Below are positions 10,748-20,507 of a stretch of 64,000 nucleotides of DNA, in pieces. Every line of letters starts with the position of its first letter. The stretch's first letter is position 1. A program made the position numbers and the translations under genes. Location of the stretch: positions 46,385 to 110,384 of IMG/VR virus record IMGVR_UViG_3300035670_000067, one strand, 5' to 3'. Source of the DNA: a virus. The notes under the pieces are model-generated. The model had not been told where the DNA came from. It did no database searches and saw nothing but the letters and a program-made list of their open reading frames with translations.

Positions 10748-11155
10748 TTAGTTCTTAGTTAACCATTCAAATATGGCTCTTATAACAGCCATCAATGTAA
10801 CCGCTGATATTCCACTTCCCGCCACTACAGCGGCAGTTCTTTTCCTACTTGGTTTTCTGCCGCGCAGCCATTCTATATCCCCCTCCATTTTCAAAATCTT
10901 TTTAGAAATACAGATATCGTTAACTTCCATTTTCTCAATTTGTCCACTCATAGAATCTATTTGTCCACGCATATTATCTATAGAAGTCTTATGTCCCTCT
11001 AACATCTGCCTTATACCGACCACCCTACCCAAGGGATCGCCAACAATCGCTTCCTTTAATACGTTTAACGAATCATCTATACTATCAAACCGTCTATCGC
11101 CGGATTGCTTATGTTCGCGACATTCTTTTATAGATACTGGGCGATCATCAGACAT
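10748..11155 (-). CDS. coiled-coil protein with C-terminal transmembrane helix (holin-like)
   Basis: Heptad region followed by hydrophobic AAVVAGSGISAVTLMAVI. Confidence 0.45.
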   Translation of the reverse strand: MSDDRPVSIKECREHKQSGDRRFDSIDDSLNVLKEAIVGDPLGRVVGIRQMLEGHKTSIDNMRGQIDSMSGQIEKMEVNDICISKKILKMEGDIEWLRGRKPSRKRTAAVVAGSGISAVTLMAVIRAIFEWLTKN

Positions 11156-11745
11156 TAGGTGTTCTTATCTATGTGTTCGTACCATTCTAATCTAACATTC
11201 GTCAAATTTGAATTTGTTCCTGAAGTTAGTCTAAGCAAGTACTTTGTATTTCTCTTCAAGATCAATTCTTCATCATTTCTAACTATCGAAGCTGATCTGG
11301 CTTGCGCTGATGCACCACCGCCCTTATAAGTATGGATCAACCTTCCATCTGTTGAACCGCCAGTTATTCCCTTGTGAATAGTGACTGTCGCAGCAGTCGA
11401 ACTATTCCTATTATTATTTCCAACAGTTTGTAAAGTAGTTCCAACTCTATCTGAATCTTCATATAAATCAAATTGCGTTATAGCCGAACCATCTAAATCA
11501 AACAACATATGAGCATATTTGGTTGAATTCGGTGTAGTGATCAAATAAACCTGAGCTTCTGAACTATTCAGTGCTACTGAATCGGTATAAATGAAGTGAG
11601 ATCCTGCATGGATCTCATGATGCGCGTAATCTATTATCTGAAGTGTATTCGTAGTCTTATCAACGCCAGAAATCCCATTAACCCATTTAATCCCACCAAT
11701 AATCAGTGGTTTTATGAGTCTTTCTATAGCTGTTGATATCACCAT
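11155..11745 (-). CDS. hypothetical protein (possible virion protein)
   Basis: 196-aa Ser/Thr/Gly-rich ORF coupled to both neighbours. Confidence 0.6.
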   Translation of the reverse strand: MVISTAIERLIKPLIIGGIKWVNGISGVDKTTNTLQIIDYAHHEIHAGSHFIYTDSVALNSSEAQVYLITTPNSTKYAHMLFDLDGSAITQFDLYEDSDRVGTTLQTVGNNNRNSSTAATVTIHKGITGGSTDGRLIHTYKGGGASAQARSASIVRNDEELILKRNTKYLLRLTSGTNSNLTNVRLEWYEHIDKNT

Positions 11746-12029
11746 TAATCTCCCATGTAATCATTGGCACCGAGGTATGAATTGGGACTAAAAGCGAAAT
11801 ATGCAGCCGCGCCAGCCATATCGCTTCTTCTTGCCCAACGAATAATGGTATCATTTCCTACAGTGTGCGTTCTGCGAACCGCCCATTCTGAAGTTGCTCT
11901 ACTGGTCCCAACGTCTGCAAAGAATTCATAAACATAATCAACACCGCTGATTGTAACTTCAACAGTGACTTTATCAATAATGTCAGCAAACTGATTACCA
12001 ACACTATTGAAAATCTTAGGCTTTGACAT
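11745..12029 (-). CDS. hypothetical protein
   Basis: 94-aa ORF with AAAGGA RBS, coupled to next gene. Confidence 0.6.
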   Translation of the reverse strand: MSKPKIFNSVGNQFADIIDKVTVEVTISGVDYVYEFFADVGTSRATSEWAVRRTHTVGNDTIIRWARRSDMAGAAAYFAFSPNSYLGANDYMGD

Positions 12030-12067
12030 TGTCTTATCCTTTTACAGAAAAATCTGTCATGCTCTGA

Positions 12068-12256
12068 TTATTTGATAACTTTCTGATCTTCAGCACCAAC
12101 AACTTTCTTTGCTGCTTCTATTCTATCCTGTGTTGGAATTTCGTATTCTTTGCGCTGTCTGAATTCTTCTTGCTTGCCTCTGTTCCAGAATTTGGTCGGA
12201 CGAAAATATCCAACAACTCTACTAAACACTTCGCATTCTCTTCCGCACTTAGCCAT
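12068..12256 (-). CDS. stand-alone NrdD C-terminal (glycyl radical) domain protein
   Basis: CEVFSRVVGYFRP...WNRGKQEEFRQRK; ATG overlaps upstream TAA (TAATG). Confidence 0.8.
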   Translation of the reverse strand: MAKCGRECEVFSRVVGYFRPTKFWNRGKQEEFRQRKEYEIPTQDRIEAAKKVVGAEDQKVIK

Positions 12257-12678
12257 TAGAGTAATCCTTGTCTTTGGAATCTCATTAGCTTTTCTCTGAG
12301 GGTTGTTCTTGCCATGTTCAAACATGCCGCTAAATCTGAAATGCTTACCGTATCGCCATGTTTCTTATATAACTGTAGAACTAACTCATCTATTCTTTTG
12401 CGGGCAACGTTTACCTTATGAATTCGTTCCAGTCTTTCTATCGGCGTCTCTGCATCGGCTAATCCCGTAACGGTTCTTGAAAATCCATAATTCGTATTTA
12501 ATGTTTTCTTTCTAAGACCAGAACCCAACTTATTTATGACTTCAAGTTGTTTCGTGATCTCTCCACTCAATTCTTTGAATATTTCTGAAGTTAAACTTTC
12601 AGCGCTTATTTCAGGAACAGATTGACTTTGCTTGCTTGAGGGATCTGACATAGTGTCTTTCGAACGGCTCTTCATCAC
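12256..12678 (-). CDS. HTH-containing protein
   Basis: C-terminal ISDLAACLNMARTTLREKL helix-turn-helix pattern. Confidence 0.55.
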   Translation of the reverse strand: MMKSRSKDTMSDPSSKQSQSVPEISAESLTSEIFKELSGEITKQLEVINKLGSGLRKKTLNTNYGFSRTVTGLADAETPIERLERIHKVNVARKRIDELVLQLYKKHGDTVSISDLAACLNMARTTLREKLMRFQRQGLL

Positions 12679-13447
12679 CCTGCCTCAGTAATATGCCGCC
12701 AAACTGCGGATTATGATTTTTCCCGGCGGTTCTGGAAACAAACGGCGTTTTCATCTGCCAGCCGGGTGTCACTATAGATAACCCAGTGATTGTATTTGTC
12801 GGAATACCAACTGAAATATATCTATGTCTGTGACTTCTAACTACAACATCAGAACGCTTTTCTCCCCATCTCATCTGATTAGCCCAGACTTCCGTTATTT
12901 CACCCATCGGTCCAGATGATTCATAAGCCTGCCTTGATGTTGTTCCAATATGATGTGCTATGTTCACATTCCACCTGCCAACATCAATGAAAATCATCTG
13001 TGGTACTTCATCGCCATCATATTTGTCAGCCTTCAAACAATCTGCAATCATTCTGGCTATTTCAGCAGACTGCCCGTCATGTACTTCTGTGCCGGCAGTC
13101 ATCAAGAACTTGTTTACTTTCTTGTTATGCCTAATCGGCTCTAGAATCTCAATCGCTGTATTTTTGTGATCATTCAAGTCATGACTGAATTGTGTTATGG
13201 AATTGTGATGTCTGTTATCTACAACATCACCATTTACCACAATGGAATAACCCTCACCCTTAGTCACATCTGGAACCCATTCATTCCAGAACTCTTCCCA
13301 ATACTGATACAATAATAACTGAAATCTATTAGGCATGTATTTTCCACCACCGACCAATGTAATTCCATTTTTAGGACACATGCCGAATTTGCATCCGCCG
13401 TGTAAATCGCTAATGATAATGAGATTATTTGTCTTCTGCGTTTTCAT
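12611..13447 (-). CDS. calcineurin-like metallophosphoesterase
   Basis: SDLH, NGDVVD, GTEVH, AHH and SHRH motifs. Confidence 0.8.
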   Translation of the reverse strand: MKTQKTNNLIIISDLHGGCKFGMCPKNGITLVGGGKYMPNRFQLLLYQYWEEFWNEWVPDVTKGEGYSIVVNGDVVDNRHHNSITQFSHDLNDHKNTAIEILEPIRHNKKVNKFLMTAGTEVHDGQSAEIARMIADCLKADKYDGDEVPQMIFIDVGRWNVNIAHHIGTTSRQAYESSGPMGEITEVWANQMRWGEKRSDVVVRSHRHRYISVGIPTNTITGLSIVTPGWQMKTPFVSRTAGKNHNPQFGGILLRQGDEEPFERHYVRSLKQAKSICS

Positions 13448-13669
13448 AACCTTCTCCTAGGACAACAGTTATATCAATCTGTAGCGCATCTAGAGATAAA
13501 AAGTTATTGAACGCTGTAACAAATGCGTTTTAGCCGCTCTAACACCACGCCCCACCCCGGCACATAGGCCAGCCCGCCTATTTGCGTCTAGACAGCCCCA
13601 AAAACGTTCTAGAAGCCGTTCCCGCCGTTGGCTGGTGCGCCACCTAGCCAACGGCACAGCAAAAACCAC

Positions 13670-13936
13670 CTAAGCTATGATCTTATCGCCCTTTGCTTCC
13701 ATTATCGGCATGACTCTATCTGAATTAACCCAAAACGCGCCATTCCTTCCATCCTTGAGCTTCAGCATAATGCCGCTTGGTGAAATATCAACTATCTTGA
13801 CTCTTACTGGCTTCTTTTCATCGCACAGTCTGACGATGTAAGATTTGCCGCGTTTGATCTCAATAGTCTTCTCTTCAATCTTCACATCTGTACCGTTCTG
13901 CTTCTCTTCCATCTTCTCTTCCATCTTCTCTTCCAT
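13670..13936 (-). CDS. hypothetical protein
   Basis: 88-aa ORF with duplicated MEEK start. Confidence 0.5.
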   Translation of the reverse strand: MEEKMEEKMEEKQNGTDVKIEEKTIEIKRGKSYIVRLCDEKKPVRVKIVDISPSGIMLKLKDGRNGAFWVNSDRVMPIMEAKGDKIIA

Positions 13937-14179
13937 TTTGATTCACTTTCTTGTTCGATTTTCCAATAGCTAATACTTGTTATATTCCGGCTGCCATTAC
14001 GGTAACGGCGACGGCTTCGGTTATATAGGCCGCCCCCTTAGGGGCGGCCATAACCGTATGTCGGCGCGGACGTTTTTTGAGAGAAATTGAACATTTTCCA
14101 TCTTTCCTTTCCACTGAATCTCCAATCCGATGTACGATTTGCCAGCCGGTGACTAATATCTATTACATAGAAGTCTAGA

Positions 14180-14213
14180 ATAGGTGGTAGCCCTTTAAGG
14201 GGCTACCACCTAA
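14180..14213. terminator. 13-bp stem-loop downstream of 14230 gene
   Basis: taggtggtagccc/gggctaccaccta; weak U tract. Confidence 0.55.
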
Positions 14214-14229
14214 CGGCCACAGCATTTGA

Positions 14230-14733
14230 CTAGCCGGCGATGATCTTTTTCTTCTTTTTCTTGAGGATCTTGATGCCTTCGGCAGGCTTGATCACAGCTT
14301 CTGCTTTCGGCATATAAGTGTCCTCTTTCTTCACGAAATACTCAGCAGGAATGCTGAATGTCCACACATCGCCATCCTTTGTGAGAGGACAAACGATGCG
14401 TTCACCAATCTTCTTCGCGTCACGGAAGTAACCGCGAAGATAGATTTCATTGTTCCAGAAGAAAGAACCAAGCCACAAAGCAATCTGCCGAGCCTTTGTA
14501 ACTTTGGTCTTCCACATGCCTTCGGGATTAACAGAAATGGCGAACTTGGTCTTATCTTCATCATCCGTCAAGATGTCAAAACAGACCGGTTCGCCCTTTT
14601 TGAAACCCATCTTACGAACAGCGTGATTGTTAATCGCACTGTTGCTTTTCCCGGTGTTCAGAATGAGTGCCGGGAAGTCAACAGCACCACCAAATGAGTT
14701 CCGAGGGACCTTATCGAGCTTCACAAAAGCCAT
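14230..14733 (-). CDS. hypothetical protein with Lys-rich tail
   Basis: 167-aa ORF with AGGAG RBS. Confidence 0.65.
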   Translation of the reverse strand: MAFVKLDKVPRNSFGGAVDFPALILNTGKSNSAINNHAVRKMGFKKGEPVCFDILTDDEDKTKFAISVNPEGMWKTKVTKARQIALWLGSFFWNNEIYLRGYFRDAKKIGERIVCPLTKDGDVWTFSIPAEYFVKKEDTYMPKAEAVIKPAEGIKILKKKKKKIIAG

Positions 14734-14755
14734 GTTTTTTCTCCTGTTTTATGTT

Positions 14756-15127
14756 CTAGTTTTGCTCAAAACCGTCTTCTTTTTGATCAACTTTTTCTGT
14801 TTTCTCTTCGTTTTTTACCTCTTCTTTCGTCGTTTCTTCTGCGATTTCTTCGTCTTTCACAAGCATCGGCTTAGGCATCAAACGTGCTCGGTTGATGCCA
14901 TTTGTCCCCTTTGACTTGCCATATTGTGAAAGACTTTGAATGAATTGTTCCTTGTCAAAACTCTTGTGATTTCCAATTGTGACAATGTCATGATTATCTC
15001 TGACCGCCACGGCTAACGTAGCAAGTAGACCAATCATCTCATCGCGGCTCATAAACCGGACAGCAACTGGAACTTCAACCGAGTTGACAAGAATTTCCTG
15101 ATTACCATCGATCGTCTTAACGAGCAT
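14756..15127 (-). CDS. hypothetical protein
   Basis: 123-aa ORF coupled to the GalE-like gene. Confidence 0.6.
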   Translation of the reverse strand: MLVKTIDGNQEILVNSVEVPVAVRFMSRDEMIGLLATLAVAVRDNHDIVTIGNHKSFDKEQFIQSLSQYGKSKGTNGINRARLMPKPMLVKDEEIAEETTKEEVKNEEKTEKVDQKEDGFEQN

Positions 15128-15968
15128 TTTGATAAAACTCCACTTGTGATTTTATGAGTTCTGTAATGCTTCTCTGTTGCGTGTGAATGGATTTCCATGT
15201 CGGACAGCATTCCAATTTTAATGGATCATACGGTGGGAGCTCCTTATATTGTGGGTTTGCTTGTTTATTTGTGACCAGTTCGACTATCTTCAGGAGATCA
15301 TCTAAAGAGATACTTTGTCCAGTGACATTGGAAATTGTTGATGTCTTACTATCTATCTTTTCAACAATGGCGTCTACGATTTTCAGCACATCAACAAATT
15401 CTCTAATCGGCGAGCGTCCGCGTTTTCTGTAGATCGTCAAGGGTTCTCCATACAGAACATGTCTAATCATCCGCGGAATGATGTGAGTCTCGTTGATGTG
15501 CGCTTCGCCATACTGCCCACTTGCGCCAGTAACATTGAAAAATCTCAAAATATTGTATTTCGTAGAATACCTCTTAACTAGAAGTTCCTGCATCAATTTG
15601 GTCATACCATAGTGGTTTATAGGCTCTAAACGACTTTCTTCCGTTATCATATCTTTTTTATTGCCATAAACTGAACAAGAAGAGGCTAAAATAACCGGGC
15701 AACGGTAACGGGCAAGCAACCGCCGCAGTTCAATTACATTGTTTTCGAAGTATTCATACGGCTTTTCTTCGCCTTCCGAAACGTATGCGTATGATCCTAA
15801 GTGAATAATTAGATCCGGTTGATTGTGGATATCAAGCGAATATGGAATGGTTGGATTCAAATTATAATGCCGTCCGCCGGTGTCGAAGAGCATTAGCTGG
15901 TGATTCTTCAATCTTTCGCAGAGGAACTGTCCGATGTAGCCCTTGTGTCCGATGATAAGAATTTTCAT
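15117..15968 (-). CDS. galE: UDP-glucose 4-epimerase-like (extended SDR)
   Basis: GHKGYIG, SSCSVYG, YGMTK, RFFNV.GA and ETHIIP motifs; start set at MKILII. Confidence 0.8.
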   Translation of the reverse strand: MKILIIGHKGYIGQFLCERLKNHQLMLFDTGGRHYNLNPTIPYSLDIHNQPDLIIHLGSYAYVSEGEEKPYEYFENNVIELRRLLARYRCPVILASSCSVYGNKKDMITEESRLEPINHYGMTKLMQELLVKRYSTKYNILRFFNVTGASGQYGEAHINETHIIPRMIRHVLYGEPLTIYRKRGRSPIREFVDVLKIVDAIVEKIDSKTSTISNVTGQSISLDDLLKIVELVTNKQANPQYKELPPYDPLKLECCPTWKSIHTQQRSITELIKSQVEFYQNAR

Positions 15969-16410
15969 TTTAGGAACCTTTTGTGTTGTGCATTGTGCAT
16001 TGTACAAAGGTAATAACACTGCAAAAAGCCATGTTTGCCGCATAACTGCAAAAAAAACATGCCGTATTGTGCCGTGCCGTATTGCCGCAAAACTGTGTAT
16101 TGTTTCGTTTTTATGAAATCTGTTCTATAGAATTTGGATCTTGAGTCTGTAAATGGAATCAAGTGATCAAAGATTCAGCAGTCTATGAATCATTCATCTG
16201 TAGAATCTTAGATTCAATAGTTTGTTCAGTTCTTATGAGGCGGGTGTGCCCCCCCAACAAAAAGTTGCTATTTGAAAATAAAAGAATTCAAATTATTCTC
16301 CATATATACCCCAGGTAAGGGGCATGGTTGTAGGTTATATGGATATTCAAAATTTCCGGACGTCTTTTTGGAAATCTGGATTTGCAGTGCCACATTGTAC
16401 CGCGCCGTAT

Positions 16411-16572
16411 TGTACAAAGTAATTCGTAACCGATTTGTGTATAAACGAAATCGGCTTGAAAATTTGTCATATAATCCGGGAGGAATTGTGTATAAACGAA
16501 ATCGGCTTGAAAATTTGTTATATAACTTTGGTATCGTACAAAGTAATTCGTAACCGATTTGTGTATAAACAA
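16411..16572. repeat. nested direct repeats with three TTATACACA (DnaA-box-like) copies
   Basis: gtacaaagtaattcgtaaccgatttgtgtataaac x2 and ttgtgtataaacgaaatcggcttgaaaatttgt x2; tgtgtataa at 16436, 16487 and 16560. Confidence 0.75.
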
Positions 16573-16662
16573 ATTTAAGCCGAATTTTTGTTATATGTTT
16601 GTGGGGGAATATCACACGCCGGCCAAAGGCTCCCCCCGCCACAAGGGCGGGGGGGCATCGCA

Positions 16663-16821
16663 TTAGGCCATACGGCCAGCAGCAAATTCGCCGGGGGCGA
16701 GGCGAACTTCGACGTTAGCCCGCGCGTTGATAGCGCGGGCGTAACGGCGGGTTTCGCCGCTCGCAATGCGAGCGGCGAGCCGCGCAGCGCGGCTAGGCTT
16801 GCTGGGACGGGGGGTACTCAT
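16663..16821 (-). CDS. 52-aa basic protein (not in the ORF track)
   Basis: MSTPRPSKPSRAARLAARIASGETRRY...GRMA*; AACCGAAAG leader; followed by hairpin 16632-16655. Confidence 0.6.
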   Translation of the reverse strand: MSTPRPSKPSRAARLAARIASGETRRYARAINARANVEVRLAPGEFAAGRMA

Positions 16822-16864
16822 ACTTTGTCTTTCGGTTGAGGGGTTGTGGGATTATGGGGCGGGG

Positions 16865-17119
16865 TTACATGTCCGCCACTTCGACCGCCATTACGGCAGC
16901 CTTGGCGGCGGCGGCGGCCATATCTTCATTGCCGCCGTCAATGGCATCGGCGGCGGCGGCGAGCAAGGCCGCCGTAGCCCTGAAGGCTTGCCACTGGAAA
17001 AGCGTCCCCCGTTCTTCTAATGTCTTGAAGTAGGCGGCGGCGGCAGCGTAGGCGGCGGCGGCGCCGAATTCGGCGCGCAGTGTTTCATCCAGCATGGCCA
17101 GTAACAATTTGCGATACAT
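16865..17119 (-). CDS. Ala-rich hypothetical protein
   Basis: AACCGAAAGGA leader before MYRKLL. Confidence 0.6.
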   Translation of the reverse strand: MYRKLLLAMLDETLRAEFGAAAAYAAAAAYFKTLEERGTLFQWQAFRATAALLAAAADAIDGGNEDMAAAAAKAAVMAVEVADM

Positions 17120-17190
17120 GACGATTCCTTTCGGTTTTGGGATTAGGGGGAATGTGGGACCGGGCGGCAATGCCGCCCGGTCCCGTTGCG

Positions 17191-17814
17191 TTACTTAAGG
17201 TCCGGGTTCGCCGCCGCCCATTCGGCGGTGGCTTTGAGCATGGCCACCGCCACGGCGGCGGCATCAATCGCCGCCGTCAGTGGCATTGGACGGACCCGCG
17301 CCGCTACTTCCGCCACAAGGGTGGCGGCGGCGGTGGCGTCTTCGTTGCGCATGGTACGCAACGCGGCAAGGCCAATGCCTTCCAACCCTTCACGGGTAGC
17401 GGCATCGCCTGCGGCGATAGCGTACAGGCCCGATACCTTGCCGGACTCACTGTAGGCGCTTGGAGAAGCGCCGGGAGCGGCCTTTCCAGTGGCAGCTCGC
17501 GCCGTCCACACTTCTTGCCATGCATGGCGAGCGAGGCAAGCGCCCTTGAGCGGGGAGCCCTCGACACTCACCGCTACCTTCAAGGCGGCCGCCGGGAAAG
17601 CGGCGGCGGCGGCGAAGTGCAGGAACCCCGCCGCCGCGTTTGCGGGGCGAGCGGCGAGGGTGGCAATTGCCAACACTTTGGCATCAGTGTTGGCGGCGGG
17701 CACCGTGGGCGGCACCGTGGGCGGCACCGTGGGCGGCACCGTGGGCGGCACCGTGGGCGGCACCGTGGGCGGCACCGCCGCCTTGCTTTGCTTGTTTTGC
17801 TTCTTACTGTTCAT
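17191..17814 (-). CDS. Ala-rich protein with PPTV repeats
   Basis: ACCGAAAGGA leader; in-frame 12-bp tandem repeat. Confidence 0.65.
   Translation of the reverse strand: MNSKKQNKQSKAAVPPTVPPTVPPTVPPTVPPTVPPTVPAANTDAKVLAIATLAARPANAAAGFLHFAAAAAFPAAALKVAVSVEGSPLKGACLARHAWQEVWTARAATGKAAPGASPSAYSESGKVSGLYAIAAGDAATREGLEGIGLAALRTMRNEDATAAATLVAEVAARVRPMPLTAAIDAAAVAVAMLKATAEWAAANPDLK
17698..17778. repeat. 12-bp tandem repeat ggcaccgtgggc, about 6 copies (encodes PPTV)
   Basis: Read directly from sequence. Confidence 0.95.
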
Positions 17815-18201
17815 GGTACTGTTCCTTTCGGTATGGCGGCATTCAATCCACCTAACATTACCGCCATATCGCTAGGTGGGGCTAGGCGGCACTTGCAGCC
17901 TAGCCTATTGCTTTCCCGCGCCTTATGGTGGGGGTCCGTGGGTCAGCTGCTATCAAAGAACGCCGGATATTCTGCAATATCCGCCACTAAGATACTGGAA
18001 TAGTAGGGAAGCGCAAATCGCTTTTTGCGAAATAAAATAAATTCTTTTTCGCTTGACAAGTGAGGAATTGCGAATTCGCCAGTAAACAGTAGGGTTTTTG
18101 AGCGATTTTGCCCCTTTTTGGCGGCGAAATTGGCGGCGAAATTCCTGCTTTTTGCCGCTTTTCGGCGGTGCATCTTTTTGGACAAATGGCGGCGGCGGCG
18201 A

Positions 18202-18312
18202 ATTGCCGCCACCATTGCCGCCACCATTGCCGCCACCATTGCCGCCATTTCGTATCGTTGCCGCCACCATTGCCGCCACCATTGCCGCCATTTCGTATCG
18301 TTGCCGCCACCA
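18202..18312. repeat. 12-bp attgccgccacc array interrupted twice by tttcgtatcg
   Basis: Read directly from sequence. Confidence 0.9.
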
Positions 18313-18374
18313 TTACAAGGTGAGAAAAAAGAAATTGTTGCAAGGTGAGAATTGGCATGGCGTATGCAATGCAT

Positions 18375-18525
18375 GAAACATGCCAATTCGGCAACGTAGC
18401 AGGAAACATGCCAATTCGGCAACGTAGCAGGAAACATGCCAATTCGGCAACGTAGCAGGAAACATGCCAATTCGGCAACGTAGCAGGAAACATGCCAATT
18501 CGGCAACGTAGCAGGAAACATGCCA
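18375..18525. repeat. 28-bp perfect tandem repeat, 5 copies plus partial
   Basis: gaaacatgccaattcggcaacgtagcag at 18375, 18403, 18431, 18459 and 18487; internal TGCC-N5-GGCA dyad. Confidence 0.95.
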
Positions 18526-18833
18526 TGTTTACGTATAATCGCAAATCGCAATTTGAAATCGCAAATCGCAATAATTTCGCATTGTAGTTTGTGGCGCAAA
18601 GCGCTTTGCTCAATATATATACTTAGGTTCCGCAGTCCGTTATCTGGATCTGATTCACGGTCTTTATTCTGAGATCTAGAATCGTTTTTAGTGCTCGCAA
18701 CTCTGGATCCCGCTCCCGGGTCGCCCCATCTACCAGATCCCGATTCAATATATATAGTCCGGGATTCCCGAATCCGGTGGCCCGGCCAGATCGGGATTCC
18801 ATATTATATATAGAGAATCAATATATATAGATT

Positions 18834-18993
18834 TGGAATTTTCTAAATCCCGGAGCCGCGGACGAGTCTGGAATCAGTATTATATATTGCGGTTTGCAAT
18901 GCCGCATTGCACATTGCGATTGTAAATCGTAAATCGCAATGTCACATACAAAAAGAAAAACCGCAATCGGTTTTTGCCGATTGCGGTTTGCGA
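18834..18993. repeat. 160-bp dispersed repeat copy 1 (includes minus-strand terminator)
   Basis: Near-identical to 19703-19862; hairpin aaaccgcaatcgg/ccgattgcggttt. Confidence 0.9.
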
Positions 18994-19359
18994 TTAGAAT
19001 CGCACAATCACCGCCGCGATTTCGCGCTCCAATTCGCGAACATATGCGCAACGTTGAAACGCCATTGCATCGCACGCATACCCATATGCGCGTTCCGTCA
19101 ATCCGCGTGTATTGATTGCGGATTCGAAATTCGCAACCTCCATCACATTGTGGAGTTTCTCCACAATGAGCATTGCACGATCATACACGAATTGGCGATA
19201 TGCCAATTCGAATAGCTTAGGATGCATGTTTTTGTAAACGCGAAATGAGAATTCGCCAGCATCCATTGCATATTGCAATGTATAGCTAGGATGCTCAAAT
19301 TCACGGCATGGCATTTCTTTCACGTCACGAAACACAATTCGCCGCTTTTTGCTTCCCAT
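18994..19359 (-). CDS. early hypothetical protein
   Basis: Own promoter, AACCGAAAGG leader and terminator. Confidence 0.7.
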   Translation of the reverse strand: MGSKKRRIVFRDVKEMPCREFEHPSYTLQYAMDAGEFSFRVYKNMHPKLFELAYRQFVYDRAMLIVEKLHNVMEVANFESAINTRGLTERAYGYACDAMAFQRCAYVRELEREIAAVIVRF

Positions 19360-19404
19360 TGCTTTGCCCTTTCGGTTATGGCGGTGTGATTGCCGCCTAC
19401 GCAT

Positions 19405-19432
19405 ACCATAGCCACACAATAGCGCAGTACAA
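19405..19432 (-). promoter_or_regulatory. sigma70-like promoter TTGTAC-N16-TATGGT
   Basis: Member of the 16-bp-spacer family. Confidence 0.6.
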
Positions 19433-19702
19433 GCAATTACCATTATTTACTTTGTGCCATATTGCAATGCCAAATGCTGAATCTGTAAACCGCAACTGCT
19501 AACAGATCCGGAATCGGTATTGCGCTGGCTGACTCAGGATCGCGATCCTGAATCCCAAGTAAGATCCCAGATTGGTTTAGCGTTTACTGATTCGCGATCG
19601 TAACCCGTCCCATTCGGCCTGCGCACCAGTCCCCCAGTCCAACGGAGGATCCCGAATCAATATTATAAGTCGGTAAGGATCTGGATTTGGTATTTACTGA
19701 TC

Positions 19703-19862
19703 TGGAATTTTCTAGGTTCCGGAGCCGCAGACGGGTCTGGAATCCATATTATATATTGCGGTTTACAATGCGGCATTGTACATTGCGATTGTAAATCGTG
19801 AATCGCAGTGTCGTATATAAAAAGAAAAACCGGAATCGGTTTTTGCCGATTGCGGTTTGTGA
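19703..19862. repeat. 160-bp dispersed repeat copy 2
   Basis: Aligned by eye to copies 1 and 3. Confidence 0.9.
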
Positions 19863-20180
19863 TTACATTGCTTCCAGTTCAATACAAATCGGCAACCCCT
19901 CATCGTGCAACCTAATCACGAGACGAAAATCGGTTTTGCACGCATTAAGACTCGGCAACGTAGTGATTTCCCATCCCGGATGGGAAATCAACAATCGCAA
20001 TTGCAAATTGCGAACCAATTCCCGCGGTTCCTTGTGGCCGTACTTATTGCAAAACCGCGCCGCGTTTTGCAATACGGTTTCGACTTCCGGCCCGACAACC
20101 AGAAGCGAGGTGATATGCTCATAACCCATGTAGTTTTCTCCCCACACCTCGATTTCCATACTTCGCTTGTTTCGCTTCAT
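19863..20180 (-). CDS. early hypothetical protein
   Basis: Promoter and CAACCGAAAGG leader before MKRNKRS. Confidence 0.7.
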   Translation of the reverse strand: MKRNKRSMEIEVWGENYMGYEHITSLLVVGPEVETVLQNAARFCNKYGHKEPRELVRNLQLRLLISHPGWEITTLPSLNACKTDFRLVIRLHDEGLPICIELEAM

Positions 20181-20227
20181 GTTTCGTATCCCTTTCGGTT
20201 GTGGCGGCGTTATTGCCATCTAAGCAT

Positions 20228-20255
20228 ACCATAGCCTTGCCGTAGTGTAGCGCAA
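20228..20255 (-). promoter_or_regulatory. promoter TTGCGC-N16-TATGGT
   Basis: Near-identical to 21460-21487. Confidence 0.65.
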
Positions 20256-20507
20256 GCGAATTTGACCATTTACTTTGTAGTAAATCGTAAATTGCAATAC
20301 GGCATTGTAAATTGCAATACGGCATTGTAATCCGTAATCCATAATCCATAATCTCAATACGATCCCGAATCGGTTTTAGACTAACCGATTCCCGATCAAT
20401 AAGTGCGATCCCGAATCGGTTTTAGGCTAACCGATTCATGATCGTATCCGGTCCTATTCGGCCTACTCCCCGGTCTGGTAGAGGATCCGGATTCGGCATT
20501 ATGGCTC

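Noticed and set aside
18375-18525. CRISPR array
   Set aside because: The 28-bp units are contiguous with no unique spacers, and no cas genes are present
17137-18613. Long ORFs 17137..18003(+), 17943..18599(-), 17987..18613(-) and similar
   Set aside because: Open only because of high GC and tandem repeats; no RBS; antisense to better-supported genes or over repeats
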